Shown one piece after another: positions 12,017 through 24,726 of a DNA stretch of 35,112 bases (position 1 is the stretch's first letter; every line of letters begins with the position of its first letter). The DNA is taken from the NCBI GenBank assembly GCA_910592345.1, contig CAJVPI010000328.1:1-35112 (forward strand), in the 5' to 3' direction. A program made the translations under genes and the position numbers. The notes beneath the pieces were generated by a model that was given only the letters and a program-made list of their open reading frames with translations, searched no databases and was not told where the DNA came from. Source of the DNA: Paraglomus brasilianum. Its lineage: Eukaryota.

Positions 12017-15000
12017 TCACGGTGACTCGCCTATAGCACTATCACCCTCAAGGCTGCCATTCGCGCTTCTAATCTTAATACCAATTACACTACGATTATG
12101 TGTATCCTCCTCTGAAACACAATCTCGTAACATTCGTACAATATCTCGTGCTGCAGTCTCGCGCTCAGAATCGCGATCATATGCACGTCCAAGGTTCATC
12201 TCGGCATCATCTAAAGGAGTACGGCCCCAGCGGTCTTTGGTTTCGGTATTTATGTTTGGTATTGTAAGTAAATATTGTACAGTTGATAGGCGAATTTCGG
12301 TGACAGCGTGATGGAGAGCGGTACGATGATCAAAGCCCGTACGATTTACGTCCAGACCAGCTTCTATGAAGTGGCGGAGTAACTCGACATCATCGGTCGT
12401 TGCAGCTCTGTAGTATAGTAAATTGTGATGTGGCAAGAAGGGTTTGATATGAGTTTGAATTTCAATGATGAACTATTGCTTTGTCGCACACATGTAATAA
12501 TAAAACCGTTAATGCAATCATCGACACGAGAACCAAAACATGCTACACTTACACCAACGCTTGGAACACTATATCTTGTGTTTCTGAATCATTAAAATGC
12601 GCTCCAGCTTGCCTAAGAAGTCGAACAACTCTCATATGTTTACGCTGCGCAGCCTCGAATAATGGTGTATGATTAAATCTATCGCGTACATGCACAGACG
12701 CACCATTTTGTAAGAGGAACTGCACTATCTCGTGATGTCCAGCCGAACATGCAATATGCTACAAATTAAAGAAATTAACACATAATCAATATAAACAATA
12801 ACACATATTCAATCAACTTACAAGTGGAGTGCGACCATCATAATCGGTGCAATTTAGTAACAATGAACGTCCGGCGTTCTCTACCAACAAATGTAATCCA
12901 TCAAGGTCATTCAGTCCAGCCGCAGAACACAGAAGGACGGGATAAAGTGCTGATTCCATTAACACTCGACCGGGTAAGTCCAATCCCGAGTTTGACGAAG
13001 CGGCTTCTGGGTCATATTGAATGAATTGTTTTGAGCATATAGATAGACATAGATATAGACGTATAAGAAGACTAATTTGGTCATTGTGAGAATATCTTAC
13101 TTATTATGTCTTGTATAAGTGTATGCGTATAACTATGGACGGTAAATCGTTGCGTCTCAGCAAGGACTGTTAGTTCACCACGGAGATTTCGTTTAATCTC
13201 CTTGCGGACTTTCTCAGGACTCAGTCCTTTTCCCAAAAGATACGATAGCTTTGCCAGAGCACACTGGTTAGAGGGGAAAAAATACAGTTTTTTTAGCGTT
13301 GAATCAATAACCCAATTTCGCGTTCGTCCTTGCCAAAAAAAAAAAAAAAAAGTTACTGTACCTCTGGTGTCATATCACTGCCCGGTACAACGCCCACTTT
13401 GGCCAACGCTTTTCCCGTAGCATACAGATCGCTCACCAAACCCTTTCTGCACTGTGTACAGTTTACAACAACCACACCACGATCACTCGCTTCAGCCAGA
13501 CACCTCATCAAATCGTCACGCGTATCAGGTGCGTTTCCTGCTCCATATGTTTCGAGTACGACACCTCGAATTGGATCAGCTAGGAATGCGCGCAATGTCG
13601 ATTCAGTGATGCCGGGAAATAAGCGTAATGCAGCGACATTGCAGTCGAGTTTTTTGTGTGCACGGAATCGGGCTATTACCGATGGACGCATTATATCTGA
13701 CCAGTTTACTTCTGCAATTTTTTTGGCAAAAATATTAGGTTAACGAATACTCAATGTAGTTCTTTTCCGGGGTCCTCTTTTTGTTTTCTCTTCATCTGAC
13801 TTTCCTATTCCAACATGTCCCAATTTCTCTTATTAATTACCTATATTTATCCCAACAGTAACAAGCGGCCGTAGATTAGGAGATTCGAACGCGTCAAAAT
13901 CCACTGCATTCGATTTGGAGGCCCTGTTACCGCGGAAAAGTTTATTACTGAAGAATAGACACACTTCTGGTATCACAAAATGGCCAGCTATTGTTAATGC
14001 GCCCAGGAGATTTTCCACAGCATCATTGCGAACCTCTGAGATAGGAACCTAAGATGCAAGAAAAGATTATGAGTCATTTGAACAACTGAAGATAGTATGA
14101 GGACACTGAAGCTAGTTTTGTACCTGTGATCCAGTGAGTATCACTGTCTTGCTGTATTGATGGCAATAAAGTAGATTTTTAGATAAAGTGGATTTTTGTG
14201 ATCTATATGCCGTCTCAAAACGGTTAATACGTGTTACATTTATTTACCCCAAATTCTCTAGGAGGAAGCTAAGTACACTGGCCGTGTACGCCATCGTGTC
14301 CGTGCCTGTTTATATGATAAATAGTCTCTTTAATATTGGATGCGGTTCATAATCTGCATAAATACGTGCCATATTGCTATTCTCAATTTACTAACCATGC
14401 AATATTATAAACGCCTCGTAGTTTTGATAGTTTGCCTCTATATCTGAGGCTATACGTACCCAGTCTGTAAAGGACAAACAGATTATGAATCAGACGAAAC
14501 CGGTTAGTTAATATGCAAAGAGAATGTTTTCAGCTTACCGTCAATAGACATGTTACATGAATCTAATAATGGCTCGTACTCAACAATCGAATATCTTAAA
14601 TAAATGAACACACAATCATTAATCTTGTCATTTCCAGACTATTGGTTGTATCGCCCTTGAACATTTCACCATCATGCTCCTAGTACCCTCGGATGCCCCT
14701 CGTTTTAATTTCTTACATGATTCTTTTTCCATATAACGAAGGTGGTGTGATTAAAGTATCGACAAACTTCACCGGACCAGCTTTCCCAGTATCCTTGTCT
14801 GTCAAAGATATTCTGTTCTTGAACCCTTCTCCGCGCTCCCTTTCTAGTTCACCTTCACCGAACGTACGCATTGCATCCATCCCAACTTTCATGTAAGCAC
14901 GCGGATCATGAAAACGTGGCATTTGTGTTAAGGTCCGGGTTAGGTATTTTTGAACCTGTTTGCAATTTTAGCGAATGAGTGTTGGTTATCAATATACGTA

Positions 15001-15676
15001 TTAAAATTTGGTTTGTTTGGATTATTACTGTCTTAAGTCGCGGGAGAATATTGCTTGACTTACAGGAATATATCCTCGCGACTTTGTGTGTTTCATTCCC
15101 ACTGTACCGCCAGTGTATATTATCAATACACGAGATAAATCTATAATATAATTATATTCCAGAAGATGCTTCGTAATTCGTAACTCGTAATTTACCCTTA
15201 TATCCATTTAATCCCCCGACCCTCTTCCTCTCTTCCTCTCTTCCCCCCTTCGCCTCTTCCCCCCTTCGCCTCTTCCTCTCTTCCCCTCTTCCATCCCGGT
15301 CACTCTCTCCTTCCCTTCTTCACCCCAAGTATACATATGTTCTATTAAATTTCCCATCTATTTTTATATTAATCACTTATTCTTCTTCAAAGCACTAACC
15401 AGCTACAGCCATATCAGTTTGGGAAGCTAATGCCATAGAAACACAGTCATTATGCAGTACGGGCTGAATAGCCGACCCTATGTCTTCTTCGCTCGAACAG
15501 TAACCACTTTGTGAAGGTGGGGGAGGAGACAATAGTCTCCTCTGAGATCTTCTGGCGCTATCATCCATATCTCTCTTTCTCCTTAGACTATTGTTTTCTG
15601 CCATGAAGCCTTCCTCGCTCAAAGAGGAGAGAGGAGTGTAATAATACCGAGAGCACGGTTGTTTATGTGCGGCCAT
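12017..15676 (-). CDS. ASPG: Type I L-asparaginase/60-kDa lysophospholipase with C-terminal ankyrin repeats; 13 exons (first 15676-15400, last 12407-12017)
   Basis: Asparaginase motifs [40 protein letters not shown] and DMTPE; ankyrin motifs [25 protein letters not shown] and KDRWGRTPL. Confidence 0.95.
15219..15320. repeat. Polypyrimidine/polypurine tract with duplicated CTCTTCCCCCCTTCGC units in ASPG intron 1
   Basis: cctcttcctctcttcctctcttccccccttcgcctcttccccccttcgcctcttcc... Confidence 0.8.
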
Positions 15677-17048
15677 CGTAAAATGGATCTTGAGTGACAG
15701 GCGTGAGAAAGCGGAAATTAGTGGAACACAGGGCAACTGGCAATGAGAGTATGACAGAGGTGAAACTGGCGAGTGAAAAAAAATGCCCGCGTTTGTCAAG
15801 ATTTCTTTTTGGTTATGGAGTTTATTTATACAGTTTAGAGGACACGAAAAAAAAAAGCCGTAGACACGATCACAATAAATTTCGCCATACTTTATGCGTT
15901 GTGATGAAGTGTGATTGTCAGACGTGTAATGCAGGATTAGGCAAGCACAGCCAGCACGGGAAATATTTGGTTCTAATTTGGTAAACCGGAAGCAACTAGG
16001 CTGTCCCATTTGAACAAAGTTCTATTGAGCCCATATGCGTTCTTGCCGTTTTCAACCAAGATAAATAGTTGATTACGACGTAATTAGTATGGTTTCAGCG
16101 TCATGCGGTCGATCTATAATCAAGTGACTCTCTTGTGAGCTGAAGGAGAGAGGGGGAAAAAGATGACGGAAAAAAAAAAAATATTGCGAACAACTTGTTC
16201 ACTGTCTCGCCCCTTAATCTGTACACGAAGAATTCCGGTCTATTTTCCAGTAACGGCAGCTGATTCGTCCACGGAAAAGTTGTAGAACGTTCAACGAATC
16301 AAAGTTCGATTCACCAGTAGGTGAGCAGTATTCTGTTTATGCAAAGTTCTCAAATTAGCATAATATACCGAAATAACGGATGGAGTCCAAATATTTGTGC
16401 TTATAATATTAATATACTTATGAAGGTTGGATTCATGTGTAACAACGTGAACTAACCACCACATCTTCATTTGCCCATTATCCAAAGTTAAATTTAAACT
16501 CTCCATTTGTTCAATTCCATCGATTTCCTTTTCTAGATTCATTGTTTGGTCATTTATTGTCACGGCTGATGCTGAAATCCGGCTGAAGCTGAAACCATGA
16601 CTTTTAATTGGTTGATCGGATTTTATTCTCTAATCCCATTGGTTAGTTTCAGCTTCAACATCAGCTCTCACATTTATTACTATTACTCTATGTTAAAAAG
16701 CTATTCATGTTTCAGTCTATTACGAACCGATGAAGGAAAAGAGAAAGTCATAACAGTAATAACATTAGTAATCGAGCATTTATCCGGAATTTGCGGTCAT
16801 TACAGTTGGGAAAAGCGAAACTACAAAGTTCTTAAAATAGCATTCAAGCTTAGAGAGGGGGAAAAGAAATATCAGAGACATAATACGACCACGCATTTAA
16901 CGTCAGAGTATTTCCAAATTAACTACATACCGATCTTTACCAATTCTGCAGACAATGAATAATATTATAAGAATGCTAAACATGATTTAATAACGTCGTA
17001 AATCGCAAGCTGTCATAATTCAACCCTACAACAATGGGTATTTATTAC

Positions 17049-17202
17049 GGGTCCGTATTATTTCATCGACAATCATTTCACCGACAGTACATTTCACCGA
17101 CAATTAACTACCAAAAAAGGATAACTTCGAAATAATGTTGGTGAAGATTTGTCGGTGAAATGATTGTCGGTGAAATGATTGTCGACGAAATGATTGCCTC
17201 CC
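17049..17202. mobile_element. 154-bp foldback/Mutator-like MITE with 9-bp TSD
   Basis: ATTTATTAC lies on both sides (17040-17048 and 17203-17211). Ends are GGG...CCC, and the long TIRs are built of three ~15-bp units ATCATTTCACCGACA per arm. Confidence 0.85.
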
Positions 17203-17669
17203 ATTTATTACATAGTCTATTACTATTGAGTCTTGATGGCAAAATAAGTACATTTTAATACTCCAGATATTTATACAGATTGCCTGACGTGAAGACTCGA
17301 ATTCGTGGTAATTTAATACCACAAGCAATTAGTTGGGTCACTGTCGCTCTGCTACTGCATATAAATCTTACTGACTTTCGCCCACCTAATAATGACGATT
17401 ACATAAACATACAATAATGTATAAACCTCGAATGACTCACTTTCATCTTACTGTTTCCGCTTATGTCTATTGGGATAACAAGATATAATGAGTCGATTAA
17501 GCGATTTGTAATGAGATGCTTGCAAGAATTTAAAATGCTCGTCAGACTAACTTTTAATTTTCCTCTAGAAGCTAATGAAATTATACGTTAGTTTTGAAGA
17601 CAATTTCCTACTTATAGTCAATAAAAGTATACAGTTAGTAACCTTTAAACCAGAAACTCACGACCTTAG

Positions 17670-18501
17670 TGTCGATGCGTGGACACTAATCCTCGATAAT
17701 TAATCGGTCCTCGAGTATACCTCTGTTCTCTACCGATGGGATTAATCGGTAGTATACAGGTTGGGGCATGATTATAACTATATTAATGCGCATTGGGAGA
17801 ACAATTAAGAAGCGATACAGAGATTAGCGGTTTCACAACTATACCAATTACCAGTGATGAATAATTAATAATATATTTAAGGGCATAAAACTACCGTATT
17901 TCTCCGGACTAAAGACCCCTAGCATAGTACCATCTCACCATTTGAAGCTCATGGAATGTAAAAAACCGGTACTATGATCGGAAAGTACTTGTAAAGTACC
18001 ATGGTACAGCGTTTATTATCAAACATGCTTATTATATCACACCAAGAACGACGCTGTTTACATGTAATACGTGCCTTTCGAAACATTTTTCTCATATTAA
18101 AGCAAGCAAAATTTTATTCGTGTTTCATAGATGCAAAATTTTTTTTAAGTACGTTACAACCAAGCGATTTACATTGTCCTATCATAATAATAATACTACT
18201 CCTAGTATAATACCACTATCCGATCAAAGTGACCACTCGTACCCCATGCCATGGTACAACGAGGTTTTGTAAAATACCCACTGGTACTTTAGTCCGAGAA
18301 ATACGGTACTCGTATATTGGATATTTACAATAATGAAGGAATCGAAAGTAATTGAACACACACGCATACTGAATCTAGCTGAAAATCTACATTGCTTATA
18401 CCTTCGGACGTTTCAGCCATTATTGTCGACCCTGAAACTGGCGGTGCTCGACATTTCAGCATGTGTCACCGAATATTCTTTGTGATACCGTCGGAGTTAC
18501 A
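17670..18501 (+). repeat. Dispersed LTR-like repeat, copy 1, interrupted by a MITE
   Basis: Shares GATTAGCGGTTTCACAAC and GATCGAAAGTA..TGAACAC-like blocks with 25800-25970, and AATCCTCGATAATTAATCG and TCTAGCTGAAA blocks with the reverse complement of 30555-30921. Begins TGTCG and may end GTTACA; no TSD found. Confidence 0.55.
17894..18306. mobile_element. 413-bp Tc1/pogo(Tc2)-type MITE
   Basis: TA|CCGTATTTCTCCGGACTAAAG ... CTTTAGTCCGAGAAATACGG|TA (one indel), with internal inverted subrepeats GATCGGA/TCCGATC. Confidence 0.85.
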
Positions 18502-18556
18502 ATTGTGAGAGTATTTCTTTATTTACACCCAACATTCCTAGCAAAGTGTAACCCAA

Positions 18557-18975
18557 ATGGCTTCTATCATCTCTGAGAATGAACAAGACGAAAATTCTGT
18601 AGAAGTTTTTCCAAGTTATATTTTCAAAGAATCTGTAAAAGCAACTGAACAAGGAAATGCTGCTGCACAATCTAATCTTGGTTGGTGTTATCAGTATGGA
18701 ACTGGAGTAGAAAAAGATGAGCAAAAGGCAGTTGAATGTACCAAAAAGCAGCTGAACAAGGAAATGATAAGGCACAATTTAATCTTGGTTTGTGTTATGA
18801 TTATAGAACTGGAGTAGAAAAAGATGAACAAAAGGCAGTTGAATTATTTCAACAAACAGCTGAACAGGGCCATGCATATGGACAATATTAATATGATCTT
18901 GGTTATTGTTATAAAAATGGAGTTGGAGTAGAAAAAATGAAGAAAGAGCAATTGAGCTATATGAAGAGGCAGATA
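18557..18975 (+). pseudogene. Sel1-like repeat gene relic (three repeats)
   Basis: Repeats AQSNLGWCYQYGTGVEKDEQKAVE, AQFNLGLCYDYRTGVEKDEQKAVELF and LGYCYKNGVGVEK. Frameshift near 18737, stop TAA at 18888 and a second frameshift near 18935. Confidence 0.88.
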
Positions 18976-19600
18976 TGTTAAGGCAAAAAAAATAAATTTT
19001 ATATTTTATAATATGATGATATATCTAAGTTAAAAAGTAAAGTTCAAGAATTAAATAAGTTATATTGAAGTGAAGCTTAGTAAAAACTTTATAAATGCTG
19101 AGCACAGTCAATTTTGATAATTCAACCACCTGTGTTTTCTCATGGAGATGAAGTGTAACTTCACATAAGAATATATATGATGTATTAATTATATAGCATT
19201 TTCTGTAAGAATCGATGTCAATAATAATAGGCCTCTTCCAACTTTTGTTATTTTAGCTGTTGATTTGTTAACTGTTTAGCACAAAAACAGGAATATTGAT
19301 ATCTATATTTATCCATTTTTTGATTGAGCATAATAATAATATTCTGTATGATTGTTTCTGTATTTTTATAATTCCAACTTCAGTTTAATTTTCACTGACA
19401 TATCTGCTTCTATTTGTCACGTAACGGATTTTGTTTTTCAATCGAGACAATTTGCGATGGAATAAACAAACTTATTTCAAATACAGATATACATACAATC
19501 AAATAATCGGAATCTTTTATTATGAAATTAATGCAATCGAACAATTGGTAGAAACTGGTATAAATAAAAATGATTTATCAACGGTCGTATTAACGCAATA

Positions 19601-19964
19601 CAGTCAACCCTCTCTATAGTCACCCCCTCTATAAGCACATCATATAAAAACCTCTTTATAAGCACACCATGTTTGAGAACCAATTACTATTGAACTTATC
19701 GGAAAAACCCTCTATATAGTCACAACCTCTTTAGACTAACATGGACATTTATTTAAACAAGCAATAGTAATAATATTTTTTTCGTTGTTTATCTGTTTAT
19801 TAGAATTATTCAAATAAATTTACGTTATTGAATAATCCAAAAGCGAATAACGTTAAAGGAAATCGTGTTACGATGAATCCTATTGGTCCCTCGATAACTC
19901 GGATTCCTCAATAATTCGGACAGCCATGCCAACCCCGTCGTGTCCGACTTATCGAGTTTCACTG
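19601..19964. mobile_element. Degraded or composite pogo-type MITE remnants
   Basis: Starts TA|CAGTCAACCCTCTCTA, identical to the left end at 7161. Ends TTATCGAGTTTCACTG, with inverted pair CTCGATAACTCGGA/TCCGACTTATCGAG. Confidence 0.55.
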
Positions 19965-20909
19965 TGTATGTATACAGAGGTTATTTGAGTGTTCGAATCC
20001 CTAAACTATCATAAGTTATAAGTATGATCGGATAAAAGAAACAGATATTATATAAAAAAAATTCAATTCTTGCCATTCCTGATAATCAACTTATTATTGG
20101 CCAACCTCCCATGCGTATACGCGTAAATTACAGAACTTACGCTTATATGCAAGGCACAGATCTCTTTCCGTAGTTACGATGCGAGTTTGCTGGTTGGGTG
20201 TCTTATACCCAATGTCTATTGCCAGTGAGCGTTTGTACAATATCCGTTGGCTATTCTGATGAATCTTCACTGTGCGCATACTCAAAACTAACTTTTGAAC
20301 AACTTATTTTATCAGTCGCCTAAATGAGATATTTACGTTTATTTAATATAGTATGTTGTAATAAGCAGAATAGTAAATTAGTAACTTCTGCTTTTACGCC
20401 TAGAAAACTGGCTAGCCGCAAGAACACAACAATCGCAAAATGATTAAGATGCTATCGCATGACAGTTCCAACAGCTTACTACTATGAATCAGGAAACTCG
20501 TGATTGATAGAGTGCGCTTCCATAACTATGCCCTACCGAACTCAAGCTGCGATTGCTGTAATAGTAATATTAAATATTGATATTTACTTTAAATAATAAA
20601 TTTTCTTTTTTAGGTTTAAATAAAACTTTTTTCAATATCTTAGTGTACAATATTTTTGTACCTCTTCCCGTATTAATATGCGCATTTAATCGCCACTAAT
20701 AAGTTTTTTTCATGCAATATTTATAGTAAATGAACCGTTAACGTTGTGCGTCAAATAATATATAATATGTTGTACTTTGAGCATCTTACAGTAACTGTTT
20801 TGCGTCTATTTACAGATGCAATAATGTTACGTAAAAAATTTTGTAGTATTTAAGGTTAAACTTCTGCTCCGAAAGACAATAAACCAGAAAATTTATGACT
20901 AATGGTTTA

Positions 20910-21070
20910 AGTGGATACAAGCCGATATAACGACACGCTCGGTTTCAACCCAAATGGTCACTACGTGTATATCGAGAATGTCCTTATATCGAGAATCAAT
21001 TTATATGCGACAACTAAGCAATATAGATTTTGTTCCACAATTTCTGTCGTGATAACAAGATGTCGTTAAT
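20910..21070. mobile_element. Decayed pogo-type MITE remnant
   Basis: CCGATATAACGAC opposed by repeated TATATCGAG and TGTCGT units; termini not intact. Confidence 0.4.
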
Positions 21071-22383
21071 GTTAATCAATTTAGTGGAATCGATAAAACA
21101 ATAGCATAGGCTAATTATGGGAAATATTTGTGAAAAAAAAAAAAACCTCTATTAAATTTATGGCAATAAATCTTTGCCCATAAGCCATTAAATAAAGTAT
21201 AAAGCTCATTCATTACTCAACCGTTGTAGCACAACTATCAATACTTTTTTGTAAAGTTGCGATGGTAAAGCCATCGGAATATCGGTTAAAGCGACTGACA
21301 TCATCATTTTACTCGTCTGTCGGAAGTGAGTATATTCTATCAAATTCTCGTAGAGGTTGGTAACATTATCGTTATTTTATAAACAAACTGATAAAAGACT
21401 TTACTGAGTATGATAACAACTATTACATGGCTGCTGATATAGACTTTTACCACTGTTATTCTCTGTGTGTGTGTTTGTGGACACAAAGAATTATCCGATG
21501 GATGGACTAGCAACGATAATACAGTGTGTCAAGAAAAAAAAAAGAGAAAAAAAAAGGGAAAGTTGTATACGTCACTAAAACGTGTCTAGCATGCCCAATT
21601 TACGACGCGTTTAATTCAAAATAAACACAACATCTAGGAATCAACTTAGATTTCTTTTTCTCATTCATCTTTTTTGATACACCATTGCACAGTGTCTGTT
21701 ACCAAAAAAAATTACAACGTAAACCTTTATTATAAGAGTGCGCAATGACATGCGCATATACAGTCTGAGGGTTATTAACTGTTTTTAGTCGTACTTATTA
21801 TTATGTGCGTTTTTTAATAATCTAACTTCATTATCACGATATTGGTTGCAATCAATTTCTCCGTAATCAGGTATCTAAGACTATAACATCCTCCCACATG
21901 GCATAATTGAACGGAGTTCATCGGAAGCGATTCTAAGGCTCATGACCCGAACAACAGTGCTGATGACGCCACTTTAATGCAACAAACAGTTGACACTATA
22001 ACGTCAAGAAGATTAAAAGGTTCAATCGGAACGGATTGCTACCAGTCCATAGCATTTTAACATATATTTCTCGGAGCAGAATTGTCTGCTGTTAGATGTT
22101 TGACTAACAATATCACAAAGTAGTGGCACATCAAACTACGTTTGGTGAGTTTGAATTTGTAAATATTGAACAATCTTTGCATTACGTACATAACCTATCC
22201 TCTTCATAATTAGATAAATCTGGATAGAACGTCACATGAGAGTATAGCGCAGTTCATTGGTGTGTATTAATTAAACTAACCATATATCGATATACTGTCT
22301 AATTCGTTAGAAGGGTGATCATCCACTTTGTGTTCCCAGATCAACAAATAAACACCTTTTTTCTCTATTCCACCGTCAAAGCA

Positions 22384-23380
22384 ATGTCCGTAATAACCAT
22401 CTTTGTTCAAAGTGAGAATAGTTCTTCAGAGAGAAGGTTTGACAAAGGGCTCACCATAGGAGATTTGAAAGTCAAACTAGAGCCTGTCACTGGTATTCCG
22501 GCTACAAATCAGATATTACAACTTTATAATGGCGATACACTCGTTACATCCGTTGAAGGAGATGATTTCATGCTGGGAGCATTTCCCGTCGACAATTACA
22601 TGACATTGAAGGTGAGAAAGTAAGAATAGACATCATACTGAGTCATACGCCTTGATTTTAACGATGAATTAAGGCGTATTGTGTACAGAATTATTTCTCG
22701 TACTTACCAAAAGTTCGCATAGTATCAAAACACAAACACAGCGTAAACTGATAATGATAGTTCACCAACACCTTCCCATCATATAAACTCTACCTACTTC
22801 GCTTCATCCAAAACAAAAAACGTAGGTGACGGATTCGGATCCACGCGCGCCAAAAGGTCAATTCACTGACCTCTCTCAAGTAGAGAAATACGAACTCCCT
22901 GACGACGAATACGCCAAACTCACAGATTCCGTCCTTGCTTTTAAGCAGCGCAACAAATTTGGTCGATTTGCAGATTCTCAATCAGCGACATCGTCAAATT
23001 CCGATAATTTATTTGAAGAAGAATCCAAGAATATCAAAGTTGGTGATAGGTTCCAACTGGATCACTCTGAGGGCATAGAAGAAAGCTTTAAGAGAATAGG
23101 GACTGTAAGATTTGTAGGGTTGACTAGATTTAGACCCGGGTTCTGGGTTGGCATTGAGTTCGATGAGCCTGTCGGGAAACATGATGGAATGTAAGTATTA
23201 TAACAAATGGTGTGGTTTGAATTAGCACTGTCTTTGTTCGATTGTCAATTTCATATTTGCTCTTTTTCTAGGGTCAAAGGTGAGCGTTACTTCCAATGCA
23301 GACCAAATCATGGTCTGTTCGTGCGACCCAACAAGATCATAGTGGGCGATTTCCCCGAAGAAGACATTGAAGAAATGTAG
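22384..23380 (+). CDS. TBCB: Tubulin-folding cofactor B; exons 22384-22611, 22826-23190, 23272-23380
   Basis: N-terminal ubiquitin-like domain ([23 protein letters not shown]), [11 protein letters not shown]...DSVLAFK, CAP-Gly domain [25 protein letters not shown], and C-terminus [11 protein letters not shown]. Confidence 0.96.
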
Positions 23381-24726
23381 TCTTTTGTTGAATAAACCGT
23401 TTATCTTCGTCGGTAATAGATATTAATAGTTCCGAAGTATAAAATCTTAATCATAAATATTACTTTTTTATTATTAGTCAAATTGTTAGTAATTACTGGT
23501 TTTCTTTTTATCAGAACATATGAAAACTATATCGATTGTCTGATTCAAATGCGTCATTTTTAACATAATAAAGTCTTTTTCAAAATCATATACTCTCAGC
23601 ATTCAATCACAGAGTCAAAGCTTTCTGTAATGTCTACAGTGGTGCCTTAACCGACTGTAAAATTTAAAATAACATTATTTTTGATGAAAGACCTGTACTG
23701 CAAAGAAAGATCGGCCTATCTATCCATTATTTCACTTCTCACGAAACTTCAAATTATCCAGAGGCGATGGCATGTTACAATTAAACTGTCAATACGAGCG
23801 GGATTCCACAATGAAATTGTAGTCGTCCAATTGTAAGAATTAAATTCTGGTAGAATTACCTAGTACATACAACACAGTCTTACTCTGTCTTACAATTTTA
23901 TTGCAAGTCATTTTGCAATTTAACATCAAATCATGAGCGAACCTTTATGTGATACTGTCAATATTTTGGGAGAAATGGTAAACGCCATCTTAGGGACATT
24001 TTCAGCAGCCGTGATCATTCATACATACAGATTTCGCGCTAAAAGTGTTATTTTACGATAAAGGTATAGTGAGACCATTTTAGCATCGATGCTACTGCTC
24101 GTTATAGTAATGATTGAGTCCGACATAAACCATTCTTTATTGAAATTGCTAAGTTGTGAAGTGAAAAGTGCCAAGAGGGAAATAAAAGTAAATATACATT
24201 TTTACGCTCTCTTAGTTAAATTCCAAAGCCGGTTTGTTGGTGCTCTAGTATATAAAAAGAATGGAAAAGTACTCACAAATTAGAAAATTGTTCTCGTATA
24301 TGTATATGCAAGGTGTAAATCGTGAGGTTTTCTACGCCTGGAGGCCAGGGAATATACCTATTCATACATCGAGGGTAAGTATCTCTACCGTGTGGGTCCT
24401 TTCAATACTAAAATGTTAGTAATACTATGTCTTTGTCGCGGAGTATCTTGATAGCGGTTACCACATCCTGACTACGAGTCGTCAAATATTGAGTGCTGTT
24501 GAAAATTGGATTCATTTAATGTCCCTAAGCATTACAGATATCTGCGACTCGAGTATTAGTATATCATTCGAGTTTAGTATACGTGAGATTTCATCAATAT
24601 AACCATTTTATATGGAGCAATCAAGTTCTTGATTGGCCAAGATAAGTGTAGTATTGTTGTACGAATTTCACAACAATTGTCTTGTTGTCTGTCTCGGCCT
24701 TCCAGATCGCCGCTCTCGACTGATTG

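Noticed and set aside
15677..16009. N-terminal part of the 204-aa ORF 15395..16009
   Set aside because: It has a non-ATG start and promoter-like poly(T) composition; the first ATG is at 15676.
19985..20005. tRNA suggested by GTTCGAATCC
   Set aside because: No T-stem, acceptor stem, D arm or anticodon arm can be built.
21950..22000. Hammerhead ribozyme core CTGATGA
   Set aside because: No GAAA partner and no convincing stems.
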